Below, one piece after another: positions 61,281 to 64,000 of a stretch of 64,000 bases of DNA. Every line of letters starts with the position of its first letter. Position 1 is the stretch's first letter. Source of the stretch: Octopus sinensis (Eukaryota); assembly GCF_006345805.1 (NCBI RefSeq), contig NC_043001.1:108686001-108750000 (forward strand), given 5' to 3'. The notes below the pieces were generated by a model, which searched no databases, was not told where the DNA came from, and worked only from the letters and a program-made list of their open reading frames with translations. The translations under genes were made by a program, and so were the position numbers.

Positions 61281-64000
61281 TAAGGTTTCATTTATTTATT
61301 TTATGTTTGTTTTGTTAATGCTGCCTTATTTCTGCTGATTTTCTAAAGGTTTCATTAAAAAAATTATTATGCACGGATGTACTTTACGAGTGAATTGATC
61401 AGAATGACATTCAAGTATTCAATGGCATAAATTATGTCAAACCGACAGCTTTTTAATTGTGAAAAGCTTGTTGAAACCCTCAATCTAAACTAACCATTTC
61501 CAGCAAGAAGATTGACAACGAAATATCTTACAGGCGTGGCAGTGTGGTAAGAAGCTTGCTTCCCAACGACACGGTTCCGGGTTCAGTCCCACAGCGTGGT
61601 ACCTTGGGCGAGCGTCTTCTACTATAGCCTTGCGCTAACCAAAGCATTGTAAGCGGATTTGGTTGACAGAAACTGAAAGAACGTATAATGTTTTACTAGA
61701 GTCATCTAACGTCTACTGATGTGCAATCTCGGCTCAGTCATTGCGGCCGTAAACATCCCACCTTTTTAAAAAAAAAATATCTAACTTAAGGCGACATTAT
61801 CTAATGTGTCCTTCCTTTTTCCTTAAAACAGTAGGATATGATTTAACTGTGATTTCTAGCAGGATGGGTTACCACGTAGAGGCTTTCACGTTGACTCATT
61901 CTCCCAGTCTACCTGTTTGGATTAGCCCCGTTTCAATCCTGATGAGTAAAGGTATTCCAGTGACGATAATCCCGTGTTTGATCTTGGATTATATTATCTA
62001 ATGTGTCACTTCCATATTTTTCAAGAGAGCAGGATGTCACTTGAGGGAGATTTGGCTTATATTTTCAGCAGCTCAAGTGGCCATGTAACAGCTACCTTGC
62101 TGGCCCGTGATTTAAAAAGCCATTTTACTATTAAACACACAAACACACTGTTAGATTCAATTTTCTTAATATTTGTGTATTTGTAGTAGTAGTAGTAGTA
62201 GTAGCAGCAGCAGCAGTAATTTTTGATTTAGACACAAGGACAGCAATTTTGAGCAGAGTGCGTTAGTCGATGATTTTTCTTTTTTTTTTTTTACTTGTTT
62301 CAGTCATTAGACTGCGGCCATGCTGGGGCACCGCCTTGAAGAATTTTTAGTCGAATGTATCGACCCCAGTACTTATTCTTTTTTTTTAAAAAAAGCTTGG
62401 TACTTGTTCTATCGGTCACTTTCGCCGAATCGCTAAGTTACGTGGACGTAAACACACCGGCACCAGTTGTCAGTTGGTGGTGGGGGACAAACTCAGACCC
62501 CCCCCACACACATACATACAGACACATGACGGGTTTCTTTCAGTTTCCGTCTCCCAAATCCACTCACAAGGTTTTGGTCGGTTTGAAGCTATAGTGGAAG
62601 ACACTTGCCCAAGGTGCCACGCAGCGGGACTGAACATGGAACCATGTGGTTGGGAATCAAGCTTCTTACTACACAGTCATGCTTGCGCCTACTGACCCCA
62701 GTACAATATTAGGACTCTGTTTTATCGTCCCCAGAGGGGCGAAAGGCAAAGCTGACATCGACAGGATTTGAACTCAGAATGAAGCGAGCTGGAACAAACA
62801 CCGCAAGGCATTTTGTTTGATGCTCTAACGATACTGCCAACCCATCATCTTTGTCATCATCATCCAGTGTTTTAAATCCAGGTTTTGTCTCCGTTTACCG
62901 GGGTGGCCGGATCTACTTCAATGCCATAGCAACCGAGATAGGTAGGTGCACCCACCCCAACCTTTGGGCTGGCTGGTGTCCATTTTCCTTTGCTATCATG
63001 ATGCTTTTGGGAGCTGGATTTTCTACGGGGAGCATGCCCTTGCTTACCACCAACCTCAGTTTCTAGACATGAGTGGTCCCAAGACCAAGGGCTCTACTAC
63101 GATTTTTAAGAAATGTGGTGGAAAACTAGCTCAGGAAGGCAGGGACGCTACACCCTAATACCCCTTTATAAGTAATAATGATGGTTTATAATTAAGGCGC
63201 AAAGTCAGCAACTTTGAAGACAGAGATGTTGGTTGAGTACATCAATACCAGTGCTTAACTGTACGCCATTTTATCGACCTCTGGAGAAATTAAAGGTGTA
63301 ATTGATCTCGGCGGGATTTGAACTTAGAACGTATAGAGCCGAGACGAATGCTGCAAAACATTTTTCCCGATACCCTAACGATTCTACCAAAGTACTGTAT
63401 CTGTAATAGGGTTAACTTACACTGCACTTTCGAGAGAGAGAGAGGGAAGTGGTGTGCCTGTGGCTAATATGAAGATGTCTGAATCTTAATTTAATAAGTA
63501 AAAGCAAAAATGTGTGTTTGTTTGTCTGTAAATAACAAGAGTCTTATGTTTATGATAAACTACCAAATATTCTTGATCTTTCACAAAATATGATATTTGT
63601 GAACTCTAGCATAATAAAATCATGTCCATGACACACGACATTGTAGTAACAACGTAGATTTTTTTTATCATTACAACAAATCCTTTACAGCTTTGTGATA
63701 TAGATTACACAGGCCAAAAAAAAAAAAAAATTCTGTTGTTAAAAAATTTGGACCTGAACTAGGGGTTTCTTGATACACAGAATCCGAAAATGACATCCAT
63801 TTATTACCATCATGTCAAGATTTTGAGATTCTGAATTCATAGAATTTCATTGTTTCATTTTTTTTTAGTAAAACTGCTTATGAGGAACAAGGCATAATAT
63901 ATAAACATGCATAGAAGTTGATTTTTCTTTAAAACCAGAACATTTTCTTCAAAATTCTGCTGAAAAACTAGCATAATATCTTAAAATTTTGAGACAAATT

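Overview
AT-rich, repeat-dense eukaryotic (animal) genomic DNA. The SINE/LINE families and (TA)n/(CA)n load look like an octopus (cephalopod) genome; this is inferred from repeat recognition, not from a search. Three genes are supported. (1) INTS15/C7orf26 on the minus strand: six coding exons, join 17851-17669, 16022-15813, 14214-14046, 11941-11375, 9817-9778, 8100-8049, 406 aa, all GT-AG and in phase, with a probable non-coding first exon near 31.3-31.4 kb. (2) EXOSC4/Rrp41 on the plus strand: join 35713-35883, 39702-39908, 43126-43494, 248 aa, head-to-head with INTS15. (3) An unidentified gene with a very large, probably terminal, Ser/Asn/Glu-rich exon at 53224-51346 (minus). The rest is a mosaic of tRNA-derived SINEs, RTE LINE fragments and 3' tails carrying 66-nt internal tandem units, mariner/Tc1 relics, piggyBac-like and other MITEs, Helitron-like elements, a solo LTR, a 1.9-kb TA tract and a ~37-bp minisatellite. 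It also contains a 5'-truncated Penelope-like element (GIY-YIG ORF) between ~188-bp inverted arms. The most notable observations are at least eight hammerhead-ribozyme-like motifs from several Penelope-related families, including a tRNA-headed (Pol III box) element carrying a hammerhead; a cluster of such motifs between the divergent INTS15 and EXOSC4 promoters; a frameshifted partial copy of EXOSC4 exon 3 in intron 2; and a SINE that repeatedly joins into its own head at one site. Repeat boundaries are read by eye and are approximate.
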